A stretch of DNA of 61,152 nucleotides, counting the filler, from Circinaria calcarea (Eukaryota), in NCBI GenBank assembly GCA_051942165.1. It is 19 parts of 19 records of this genome, joined end to end, with 100 filler letters (N's around TTAATTAATTAA, not from the genome) between each part and the next. Parts side by side here need not be neighbours in the genome. Positions count along the whole stretch, not along the records: positions 22,637 to 25,766 come from JAVECS010003026.1; positions 25,867 to 28,991 come from JAVECS010003027.1; positions 29,092 to 32,216 come from JAVECS010003028.1; positions 32,317 to 35,439 come from JAVECS010003029.1; 15 more parts are not named here. The stretch is one strand, 5' to 3'. The notes under the pieces were generated by a model, which was not told where the DNA came from, ran no database searches, and was given only the letters and a program-made list of their open reading frames with translations. Position 1 is the first letter of the stretch. Every line of letters begins with the position of its first letter. This document shows, piece after piece, positions 24,094 to 35,539 of this stretch. A program made the translations under genes and the position numbers.

Positions 24094-25233
24094 ATGGCTG
24101 GAAGGAAACCGGGCGAGTACACTGGTTTGGTTGAGAAGCAGCATAAATTCAACGCCTACGGCAGCTTCAGAGCACGGTATGCCAACGATGGCAGTCTCCT
24201 CTGGCCTAAAGGGGGGCAATCGGGTCCTACCGGGCTTCAATTCATCGATAAGGATATCTTCATCGTCATGACCTTGAATGAGGAGTGTTGTCGGCTTGGA
24301 GAGGGATTCGTATATCTTGGCTACAACGGTAGCAGCTCATGTTAGTTGAAGGTTCATCCAGTGCTTATATTAACTTATTAATAATATCCCAGACGGAAAC
24401 ATGTTCTACCGCGGGTGGGTATGGTCAGATAAAGAGAAATCTGACTGGGCTAGTAAAACAAATTCGCAGCGTCTCGAAGTTGCACAAGCTTTCGACGGGT
24501 ATATCCCCTCGGTAGGATTAAAGGACCTTTTGCAGCAAAGTATTGATAGCTTATAAGAACATAGTGCGACTTCGTGATACCCCTTACATACGACTGGACT
24601 CTCGCGACAAAGTGGGCGAACAAGGCAAAGCTCGTAGACACGATTGCCACCCGTTTTTTCACTTTTCGCCTATCCTCATTTCTTTTATATTTCGATGATC
24701 GCCCAAATCTTATTTCAGTTGAAAGCTTACGTAATAGTAGTGTGTGGCAGGAATCAACTACCGGTCAGAACACCAAAGCCGGTTTCAAAGTTTTCAGCAA
24801 ATTTGATATGATGGCTTTCTCCTATGCTAAAGCGTTGCTCGGGCAGCCCAAACGGAAACTAGGGCTAGCTGCAAGATTTCCGGAGGAGGCACGGCGGTAT
24901 ACACAGCTAGTGGCCGCTAGCCGCAAACGAGATCTCGGCGATTTACTTAGGTCTTTAGCCAAGCTATACTACGAAGCGGACGGAGACCCTCCCGTATGCG
25001 TGTTTTGGAAGGATATACTTAGTGGAATGGTTTTAATACCCAGGATAACCTGGAAAAGAAGATCAGGCGGAGCTCCTACGGCGGAGGGCTCCAGGGAAAA
25101 AGGAAAAGGGAAAGCAGAGGTCGATGAGGTGGCCGAAGATGAAGATGTAGATGATGACGAAGAAGAAGAAGAAGAAAAGGAGGACGAGGAAGATGAGGAA
25201 GACGAGGAGGATGAGGATGATGAGGAGGATTAG
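24094..25233 (+). CDS. Hypothetical protein, 3 exons, acidic C-terminal tail
   Basis: Exons 24094-24328, 24393-24511 and 24565-25233 join in frame through GT-AG introns (MAGRKPGEY..YLGYN|DGNMFYRGWVW..DGYIPS|CDFVIPLTYDW..EEDEDDEED*). The true start is uncertain. Confidence 0.6.
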
Positions 25234-25866
25234 GAGGATAATAAGGAGAAGATGGGGAGGGCGATTATGGCACTTAATAGCCATCGTCCAATCGGCTCTA
25301 AGCCGTACAAAACTACTACTAATAAGTACTCCCTGCTCTATTGTACAGAGTACGTGTGTCAAACACGACAGCCTTGGCACGCCAATGAACAGACATCCAA
25401 GGCCACAGCCGTTACTTCAGCTTTTAGAAGTGGAAGCTAGCGAGGTACAAGTGTTCCAGTGTAAAGAGGGCCCCTGTCAGTTGGAATGTTCACAAAAGCT
25501 CTGATTAAGGACGCTTAGCTCCTCTACCTAGATCTAGTAAATCCCGTAGCCGTAGCTGGTTGGTGGAAAATACTCCCAACACCGTTTCCAACAAAGAATC
25601 CACAACGCCCATATCAATCACTCAGGTCCGGATTCGCCACGAAGAGTCGGACCGCCCCACGCATGGTCGCTGCTCTCTCATCCACGCTGCCTCTCCGGGC
25701 CAAGTCCTCGGCTTGCTTGCCCCCATCCCCTCTCAGGGCACTGCTAGCTAGAGGAGCGTTCATCTCNNNNNNNNNNNNNNNNNNNNNNNNNNNNNNNNNN
25801 NNNNNNNNNNTTAATTAATTAANNNNNNNNNNNNNNNNNNNNNNNNNNNNNNNNNNNNNNNNNNNN

Positions 25867-28188
25867 GTCAACGCTGAGCAGTTCTCGAGGTACTTGAATG
25901 GTGCTCCTGTTATGAACGTTCCTGGTCGGACTTTCCCAGTCGAGACTCGATACTTGGAGGATGCAATAGAAGCAACGAGGTACGGCAGAGACCACGGATC
26001 AAGCAATAGTCACACTCAAGAAGACGACGATGATCATGATGATGAGACGGATAGAGTCAAGAAATCCGATATGGCGGTATTGAAAAGCTATAGTTTGAAG
26101 ACGCGCAACACTCTTGCGCAATTCGACGAATACCGAATCGATTACGAATTGATTATAAGTCTACTCGAAACAATTGCAAAGCAGAACAGTTACGCTGCCT
26201 ATAGCAAAGCAATCCTCGTCTTTCTACCTGGCATTGCAGAGATACGGCGACTGAATGACATGCTCGCTGGTCATCCTGCTTTCTCGCATGCCTGGTACAT
26301 ATACCCCTTGCATTCTACAATCGCAACTGAAGAACAAGAACGAGCGTTTCTCGTTCCTCCCCAAGGAGTGAGAAAGATTGTCCTTGCTACGAACATTGCA
26401 GAGACTGGAATTACAATTCCGGATGTTACATGTGTGATAGACACAGGAAAGCATAAAGAAATGCGGTTTGTTAGCCATGTCAGCCCGCCCCAGTCAAACC
26501 TGCTTACTCTCCTAGGTTTGATGAGAGACGTCAACTATCAAGGTTGATTGAATCCTTCATCTCACGTGCCAATGCTAAACAACGTCGTGGACGTGCCGGG
26601 AGAGTCCAAAACGGAGTCTGTTTCCACTTGTTCACTAAGTTTCGCCATGATAACATAGTAAGCTTAGTCTTACCACTTCCTTCCAGCCAACCATTAATGC
26701 GTAAACAGATGGCTGAACAGCAGACGCCCGAGATGTTGCGACTTTCGCTACAAGATCTTGTTCTTCGAGTTAAGATTTGCAAACTGGGTGGCATAGAGCA
26801 AACAATGGCAGAAGCTTTGGATCCTCCGCTACCTAAAAACATTCGACGGGCCGTTGAGTCGTTGATCGATGTCAAAGCCTTAACTAGTGGTGAAGATTTG
26901 ACACCACTTGGAAGACAGCTTGCCAAGTTACCCTTGGATGTGTTCCTTGGAAAGCTGATATTACTTGGAAGCTTGTTCCGGTGTTTAGACACAACGCTGA
27001 CAGTTGCTGCAATCATATCTTCCAAGTCACCCTTTATTGCTCCTATGGCCTCACGCGCTCAAGCTGATTTGGCTCGCCTGGCTTTCAAGAAAGGCTTGTA
27101 CTGTGTTCAGGGAATGTATGATCATGTTAACTGATGGACACAGGTGATTCTGATCTTCTCACAGTCTACAATGCATACTGTGCATGGCGCCGAGTATGTA
27201 CAACCACCGGGTCTTTGGAATATCAGTTCTGTCGCAAAAATTTCCTCAGTTCCCAAACACTGTCCAACATAGAGGACCTCAAAGCCCAGTTAACAACGTC
27301 ACTGGTAGAAGCTGGATTTCTTTCGTTGGGCGAGTCGGAGAAGGCAGCATTAAATAAGTACATTTTGCTATATAGCCTTGTCACTTTAGTCCCCTCGAGC
27401 TAAACTGATTAGGGCTCGTTTCTACTCCCGCCAAAGACACTTCGTCGAGATACCGAAAAACTACGACGCCAACGCCAATGATCTCGTGATTAACTCCACT
27501 ATTGCCTGGAGCTTCTACCCCAAGCTCATTGTCCGTGATGGCAAGGGGTGGAGGAATGTGGCCAACAATCAGTCCGTCAGTTTATATCCCACGTCTGTCA
27601 ATAAAGGCATAATCAACCCACCCAAATACTTGTCTTATTATCATATTATGCAATCCAGCAACAAGTAAGTCGATTCGCACCTCACTACCCCAACGAAGTC
27701 TTAGAAGTATGGTGGGGCCCCAACGCCCGCTCTTTTATTACAGCAATTCAAGGCTTCATCTCAGCCACGCATTCTTCCGCTCTGGGCAGGCTTATGGTTT
27801 TATACTCACATTTTATTTAGATACTATAACGCTCACGAAACGAGTCCCGCCTCCGATTTCGCTATTGCCCTCGTATGCGGAGACGCCGACTTCAAGGTCT
27901 GTCAATCCTTCAACCCGGTTCTGCATGCAAAACCTAAATACTTTTTACTCTATGCCGTCCGTTTGCTGATACTCTTCTTTCTAGATGTACTCAGGCGTCA
28001 TTGTTATTGACGGCAACCGCTTGCGCTTCTCCATCGCCGACTGGAAAGTAATGGTTGTTATGAAAGCGCTCAGGACGAAGTTGAGAGAAATCATGATCCA
28101 GTCTTTCCGGACTCCGGGAAAGAAGATGAACGAGGAACAGGAGTTTTGGTGGGAAGTTTGGAGGCGAATCTTCACGAGGGAGAATTGA
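25867..28188 (+). CDS. DEAH/RHA RNA helicase (DHX29/DHX57/YLR419W-like), C-terminal half
   Basis: [32 protein letters not shown] (motif V), QRRGRAGR (motif VI), HA2 region [17 protein letters not shown], and an OB-fold region. Multiple GT-AG introns. 5' truncated. Confidence 0.92.
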
Positions 28189-29113
28189 TGATGAGGATCT
28201 TATTCTTGTGAAGATTGAGGCTGTTGGCCAAAATCGATAATGGGCAGGTCCGGCATTCGGGTAGAGCGACGCCATCATGGCAGTAAGTGCATCTGAAATG
28301 AACTAACAGATGGTCTTACCGTCTGTATGGCCGAGTATAAAATCAGTGTTGGCTCTGATGATACTGGGGAGTTCTCCATTGGGTGTCTCATAGAAGCACG
28401 CCCTCCATAGACCTACTGGACTCGTCCACGAAAATTCAAGTTTAACCATTCAAATTAGGGCTATGAGCTGAGTAACGGGTATCGAAAAAGCCTAGTGCTG
28501 AGAGTTCTATGACCTCGAGGATGTTGAGATCTGTAGGTAGAAGATTTTCTCTAGTGTGTGTGCTCCTGCAATTATAAATCTAATTAAAACTCGTCCTGCT
28601 CCTCCTTTTCGGAGTGAATTTGGCGAGAGAAGCTGTCTAAATCGCTTCACGCTCAATGTGTCATCCCGTGCCTCGCCTAATACAAATCAGATGGTGCTGC
28701 GTTCACTCTCGTGTATTTCCATCTTCACCTTCAGGCTGTGCAATCTCAATCATCCAACATTTACGCTCAACCAGGGCTCCATCGACTCATCACACCCGCA
28801 TCCATCACAAAACCTCCATCATCACCTAACTTGCCACCTTCCGGCCCACCATGCCCTCCAAACAGTCCAACCAACGCGCCTCCCCCTTCCACGCCTTCCT
28901 CCTCGCTCAAACCCTCCCGGTCCCAAACCCAAACCCCCATCGCGCTCTCTACCTCCACGTTCCCACTCACCCCCTCCCAGGCCGCTATCTCNNNNNNNNN
29001 NNNNNNNNNNNNNNNNNNNNNNNNNNNNNNNNNNNTTAATTAATTAANNNNNNNNNNNNNNNNNNNNNNNNNNNNNNNNNNNNNNNNNNNNCTCCAACTA
29101 TACCTACTCGCAG

Positions 29114-29332
29114 CTCTACACTCTGGTTTTGTTGATGGTCGAATGTTGCGAGAGCCCTCAGAAGCATCATGGCGCCATCTTCGACAAGTACACTGACAAA
29201 CGGTATAAGCGCGCGTCGCAGTTCGTGGAGAGCGAAATGAGAAAGGGGTTCCAGGTCGTAGATGTTGCCTCCGATAAAGCCGCAACCTTTGTCAGCATGT
29301 ACGATAGCCAGCAAATCTGGGACCGAAAGTAA
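29114..29332 (+). CDS. Terminal exon of an unidentified, conserved-looking protein
   Basis: Follows an acceptor TCGCAG; reads LYTLVLLMVECCESPQKHHGAIFDKYTDKRYKRASQFVESEMRKGF..WDRK*. Confidence 0.5.
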   Translation, partial: LYTLVLLMVECCESPQKHHGAIFDKYTDKRYKRASQFVESEMRKGFQVVDVASDKAATFVSMYDSQQIWDRK

Positions 29333-30655
29333 AATCATCATCTTCAGGCGGCAGTCAAAGCCTCAGATTGACACTGTCCATCATCTCGGGGTGCTTGGTT
29401 GGCTGGACGCTCAATTCCTTATTACCCTTACGCTGGCTTGGCAAAAATTGCCGTGTTTGGCATCTTGAATAAGCAACCTGCATCGGGACATTCTGAGCTT
29501 CATCTTCTACTCGCTCCTGTTCCGTCAACCTGCAGACTGTCACTTCTGGGTTTGGGTGGAAGAACTCTCTAATGATACTACGAAGCTACGCGCCTATGAA
29601 CATAGATACACCACACTGAAACCCACGAACCCTTCAACCTCGTTCTTTCCCGGCTCTCGATACTCTTTACTAGGTATTTCTTCTCGGGCGCATTGATGGG
29701 CGGTATTGGCGTGACGGAGGAAGCCATATTGTTTTTTGGGACAAATGAAGAGGCTACAGCGAGTTTTGTACATACATCCGTCCATACACTCCCCAAAAAT
29801 AAGCATCTATATTGTGTCATGGAACTGCATACACACCAAGTAGGTAGAATTATCTCTTCATTATCGGAGCATTCTTCACTAGTGATTTGCTTCTATCGTC
29901 GTACACGGTATCTAATTCCGCCCGTTCAGCATTACCGCTTACTCAGCTTTGCGCACAGCATTGTAAGCGTCACACAAACCCAAAGTATCTCAAGTTCGTT
30001 GTTGATTCCCTGGCCATGTATAAATTACTCCTCCTTCTCCCTGTCCAACTTCCCTTCCTCTTCGGGAACCAACTGCACAGTTTTACCTTCAACGGTCTCC
30101 TCTCCATCACGCAACGGCGTCCCCCGCCAATCCCCTCTTCACCGTCGTGCATTGCGTCAGAAGATGAGTCAGGACTCAACCGTTTCGCGAAGGGGTATTT
30201 GGAAGCATCGTTCACATACCGGATTTAGCCTATCTCGTGGGAAACTCGAACCAAGTTTAGCCAAACCTGTCTCCCAGGCATGTGCTTACGCTTTCAATCC
30301 AGCTTCTGGACGTGATCATGAGACGATGTACTAGGGGCCAGTGTTCGAGAATGGTGGAGAACATCGTAATGCCATGCTCTTGCATTCGAAGATGGTATGG
30401 AGGTAAGTAGTTCTCCTCCGCTCTCCTTAATACTTCCAGGTTCTCACGAAGGAGTCTTTGTCGTCATCTGCGTCATCCTCATCTCGCTTCGTGATAATTG
30501 CATGATCTAGGCCCTTTACACATTGCTGATGCATGCTCCAGTTTTGTCTCTAGCTCTCTCTTTCGTTATCCCATTCGAAGTCACCATTGTGGTAGGAGAG
30601 CGCGAACTGCTCTCTTTTGCCAAGGTACTCCATCTCGCGGTCTAGGTCGTTGTGA

Positions 30656-31620
30656 CTATAATGACCTCGAGAATATACCTGTGAGAAGTTTCCATTCGTA
30701 ATTCGTTCCAACGATCCGACCATCCAGGAAGTCGCAGAGAGTTTTTGCTAGAGCAACGGCCTCGGGTATATTGCGCCTTGTCAAGTGCCCGTGGCACCCC
30801 TCTCCAATAAATATGAATGCCCTGATACCGAGTCGACCCGCCATGCCTCCCCCTAGAGCCATCGGTGCAAACGCATGGGGATGCGAGATGGACGTGCGTT
30901 GGTACTGCACGTTGACTTCCGAGCTAACCTTAAAGTCCCCAGCTCAATGCAAAGACTTTAGGGATTGTAAGATTCTCGTTGAAGAGAGAGAACTGGAAGG
31001 AGCCCTTCTTTCTGCTTTTTTCGTCTAGGATGAAACCCTAATTGCATAGGCCCTGGCTATCGCAGTTATCGAGTGTCCGCAGCCTTTGGTATATCGTTGC
31101 ATCATTTCCAGTAGACTGAGGCCCGCAAGGTAAGTTCGAAGCGGATCGCTTCTGTTCAACCCGTAGCCCCAGTCCACGACTGGTAGCTCCTCCAGTCTCA
31201 CTACACGATACTGTTCCAAGTTGTATGTGGCCAAAGGTACGGCAGACGGCGTCCGCAAGACAGAATTGACTAGTGGACACCTTGACTTTGTATCTAGCCA
31301 GACAAATAAACCTTGTGATGGCACCTAGCTCGTCCATTACCATGTAAAGAGCTCTATGGGGATCTTTATTCCGGTATTTACACCCACCTCCGAGGGCAAT
31401 GATTTGCTGGGGTTATAATCATTGCGGCCTTGCCACACCTTCCGAGCATAATAAAAATAGAAAAAGTCCTTGAGCTTATTCAGAAAGGAGAAAAATCTTT
31501 GACACAAGAGGGATTCGAATACTCGTTCCTTTCGAGATTCGGAAAACATGTCAAAGAAATCCTAACCTAATGCCTTAACCCAGAGGAGTTTGATGCTTTT
31601 CCTTTCAACATTCTTCCTTC
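30656..31620 (-). pseudogene. Pseudogene of ~300+ codons with several TAA/TAG/TGA stops
   Basis: ORFs 31337-31549, 31025-31324 and 30656-30910 are all in one frame. They are separated only by point stops (TAA 31337, TAG 31325, TAG 31025 and one TGA), with no frameshift. Confidence 0.5.
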
Positions 31621-31648
31621 CCTATTGTATAGGTGCATAGGTACATGG

Positions 31649-31990
31649 TGTTACGTCCCTAGGCTTCTTAGGCGAAGGCAATGCTTAGTCACTGGTATAA
31701 GGCAGGGGCTCTGTAGATATGCACATAGGTTTTATACCAATCACTTAGCAAGTAAATAAGTGATAATAGAAGTATATTACTACACTTGTAAGGTCTTGAT
31801 CATGAGGATCTTAATATAACGGAAAGGACTGAGACTATATAGATCCTCTATGGTTATATAAGACGTCCGGAAAGGGGTGGACGTAATGGATATAATCTAC
31901 GTCCCTTACGTCCTCTATATCTAGTACATCTAGTATCATTGGTACGCCTATGACGCGTATTATTTATACCTTTTGGTATTACCCCGCGGG
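31649..31990 (+). mobile_element. Possible degraded LTR fragments
   Basis: Starts TGTTACG, has TTACTACA at 31777-31784 followed closely by TGTAAGG, and is TpA-rich. No clean target duplication. Confidence 0.3.
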
Positions 31991-32316
31991 GTACGTTATT
32001 ATATAAGGTCCTCTTTTAAGGATTTCGTCTCGAATATCTTTCTTTCTTCATGCATTCCACCAGGAAATAAATATAAAGATGTTGAACTTTTGGAGTCACT
32101 CAGAGCAGTTTATGGTGTTGAAGTGAGATCAATTCGTGTGGTTATTGCACGCTATGCAAAGTATGAATTGTCTATGGTTCTATGGAGAGAAAAACAACGC
32201 TTTTGTGTGTGTAATANNNNNNNNNNNNNNNNNNNNNNNNNNNNNNNNNNNNNNNNNNNNTTAATTAATTAANNNNNNNNNNNNNNNNNNNNNNNNNNNN
32301 NNNNNNNNNNNNNNNN

Positions 32317-32914
32317 CTCCGGCTCCTCATTCTCCCGCCCTTTCTCCCCGCCCCACCACCTCCTCCTCCTCGGCCCGCCTGCTGCTCGCCTTTCTTCGGT
32401 ATCGGCCGCACAAACGCAAAGTCGACCGCCAGCGTCTGGTCGAGTAGCTTCTGCCCATTAACACCCTCGATGGCGGCTTTGGCTTCCTTTTGCGTCGGGT
32501 ACTCGACGAGCGCGTAGCCCTAGATCCCATTCCGTCAGCCCACACCCCTGATGATCCAGCCAAAATCACGGCTGACCTCCGAAAAAAGGGGTCTATGAAT
32601 CAATCCACGTCTGGGGGGTGGGAGGCGTGGGGGGGCCAAGAAGAACGACCGGTACGTACCTTGACGTACCCCGTCCGCCGATCCAGATTCATGTGCAAGT
32701 TTTTGATCTCCCCGAACTCGCCAAACAGCTCCTGCAGGTCCTCTTCGCTGGCTTCCTCGTGCACGTTTGTGACGAGGATGATCCAGCCTTCAATGGACCG
32801 GACGGCGACGGCGTTGGTGGAGGTGCGGGCTTCGGTCGTGGTAGTTGTGGACATGGGTTCAGCGGTGGTGGTGGTGGTGGGATGGTCTACCTCCATGGTT
32901 TCGGTATCGGCCAT
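32317..32914 (-). CDS. RBM8A: Exon-junction-complex RNA-binding protein Y14/RBM8A (3' truncated)
   Basis: [67 protein letters not shown]. Intron 32520-32659. Confidence 0.95.
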
Positions 32915-33927
32915 GACTGTATGATGGGGGAGGAGACTGGTGGCTGTGAAGAGTGATAAGAGGTGGGCAAAGTGTGGTTGGGCGAATATAATATTATCTA
33001 CAATAATATACAATCGATAAGCGAATCGGATGCGGTGTAAAGTTTATCGCTTAAATGGTGTTTACTAGCAGATTATTTATGGTACGGCTATCAACAGCTG
33101 TACTCCGTACCTGGGGATCCTACGCACGTGTTAATTCAAATCAGGCGGTACTCACACTATACCCTTCGAAAATAGGATGAACGAGAGCTCGTTGCGGAAG
33201 CTTATTACGGAAAGGGAAGAGTAATGCTATGGTTCGAGGCTACTTGGCGACGCTCTTGCATATAACACAATTAGATACCAGGTCTAGATCACTTTCTACT
33301 CTTATATATGAAGTGGATGGAAGGGAGGGGGAAGGGGAAATCTGTTGTGAGCAAATTGAAGCACGAAAGCGCTGCTGGACTGTCAGGGTCTAGAGTCACC
33401 GGTATAAAGAACATAGTACAATAGATAGGCATTCGCCATGGAGAATAGAAGCTTGTATAGCAAAAGGAATGTCGGTTCTGTCATCGACCAACCCAGCGTG
33501 TCGATGGGGTTACCTCTTGACTTGGCTCTTTCAACTCGGGACTCTAAGTGATCGAGTAATCCACCCAGACGATCTTCCAGCTATTTTGCACCGTTATCAA
33601 TTTAAGGCATACTGGCTTAAAAGCCATAGTCGAGAGTATCAAAGGCCAGAATAGATATCGGTCACCCTTCTAGAGAGGGAATGTCCATTAGCATATGCTA
33701 TGCGCCGCTTGTAAATAGGCCCCACCCGCGTTCCTGATAAGGCTGAGCGTTTCCAAGACCCTGGCGTGCTCAATTCACCCCCCAGTCCCCCGCGTTTTGA
33801 TTAACAGGAGTAAGTTACGCAAAACTACGTCACTCTTTGAATGAGCTTGGCAAACCCGGTGTTTCCTCACTCACTTCCAACATACTTTCACGCAAAAAGT
33901 TCCCACAATCACCATTCAGTTCATACA

Positions 33928-35148
33928 ATGACAGCCCCCAGAGTAGCCAGTCGATGTCTGCGTGGTGTTCGTACTCGCCCAATTACCTGTAATTCTCGTC
34001 CAATCTTCAAGAAGACTCGTTTTGCCTCCTCGGTCCCAGAAACCTCAAACGGCTCCAGTCACTTTTCGACCGCTCTTACGGGTGGACTCGTCGGCGGTAC
34101 CCTCGTCTTCCTTGCCGGCTACAGCTATTATCACTTCTCCGGCGCCAAGACCCTCGTCCAAACCGCGAAGCAGACGAAGCAGTACCTTGGCTCCGCTACC
34201 CAAAAGTTTAAAGAAACCACCCCAGAACCCAATGAGGCTCTAGAATATTTACGACGGAGCGCACTACAATACGCCGCTTTCATTCCCGGTGCAAAGGGAT
34301 ACGTCGAGACCGCATTCAACGATCTTGACTCCATCCGCAACAAGCATGGAGATAAAGTGGATGAGATTGTCAAGGAAGCCTACAATGAGTTGAAGGGTAT
34401 AACGAATGAAAAGGGCATGAGCTTCGAAACGGCCCGGCAAGCATGGGAGATCCTGCAGAAACACCTCAAGGCCATTGGCAATCTCGCCGGTGATGCCGCG
34501 CATGACATCCTCAACAATCATCCTGAAATCAAGGAGAAGGTTGGGGGCAACCTTGATCAACTAAAGGCAATGGGTGAGAGGTATGGGCCCGAAGCAAAGA
34601 AACAGGTTGATCAGACTTGGGACCAGATGCAGGACATTATCAAGAGTGGTGTCAGCGTGAATACCGCCAATAAGATCCGCTCACTGATACAGGAGAAGAT
34701 GGAACTTGTACAGAAAATGGGAGACGATGCCTGGAGCAAGGGGTTGGAGCAAGCAAAGCCATACCTAGATAAATCACCCAAGGTCAAGAAGCTGATAGAG
34801 GAGAACGCCGAGCAATTGAAACAAGGCAATGTTGGCGAACTATGGCAGAAGATTAAAGAAGCCACCACATCCGGGGATACATCATCCGTCGAGAGCTATA
34901 TCAAATCCGCTGTTGACAAAGCCAAACAGACGGGTGGCAGCGCCACGGGAGGTCTCGATCAGTACCTCAAGATGATCCCCGGCGCCGACCAGATCGTCCC
35001 GAAACTGACCCAGATGCAAGAGATTGCGCAAAAGCACGGCAAGGAAGCCGAGAGTCTGATGAAGGAAACCGTGCAGGAGATGCAGCAGGTTCTGCAGCGC
35101 AAGGTCGGCGAGGCCGAGAAGTTGGCGGAGAAGAATGCCAAGAAGTAA
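33928..35148 (+). CDS. Apolipoprotein/apolipophorin-like helical-repeat protein, probably mitochondrial membrane-anchored
   Basis: Arg-rich presequence MTAPRVASRCLRGVRTR, one TM segment (GGLVGGTLVFLAGYSYYHFSG), then amphipathic K/E/Q helical repeats. An in-frame upstream ATG exists at 33841. Confidence 0.8.
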   Translation: MTAPRVASRCLRGVRTRPITCNSRPIFKKTRFASSVPETSNGSSHFSTALTGGLVGGTLVFLAGYSYYHFSGAKTLVQTAKQTKQYLGSATQKFKETTPEPNEALEYLRRSALQYAAFIPGAKGYVETAFNDLDSIRNKHGDKVDEIVKEAYNELKGITNEKGMSFETARQAWEILQKHLKAIGNLAGDAAHDILNNHPEIKEKVGGNLDQLKAMGERYGPEAKKQVDQTWDQMQDIIKSGVSVNTANKIRSLIQEKMELVQKMGDDAWSKGLEQAKPYLDKSPKVKKLIEENAEQLKQGNVGELWQKIKEATTSGDTSSVESYIKSAVDKAKQTGGSATGGLDQYLKMIPGADQIVPKLTQMQEIAQKHGKEAESLMKETVQEMQQVLQRKVGEAEKLAEKNAKK

Positions 35149-35539
35149 GAGCGGGAACACGGGGCTTTGTTCTATGCGTGCCGTTTGTCAGAGGGAAGAT
35201 GAACTTGTTCCAATGCCAACAATGTAGATATCTTCAAGATACCATGCCAACTCTTTGAAATTTTCAAAACTACGAAAAAGCAAATCTCTTTATTTCCATA
35301 GAAGAGTATTTCTTCCCGATTGGACACTCCCTTCTCCTTCTCACAACTCTCTCTCCCCCTTTTTTTTTTCTTTTTTTTAAATTTCTCACCTTCCTTCTCC
35401 CCCCCCCCTTTTTTTTTTAGATTCCCTGCCTGCCTGTCCNNNNNNNNNNNNNNNNNNNNNNNNNNNNNNNNNNNNNNNNNNNNTTAATTAATTAANNNNN
35501 NNNNNNNNNNNNNNNNNNNNNNNNNNNNNNNNNNNNNNN

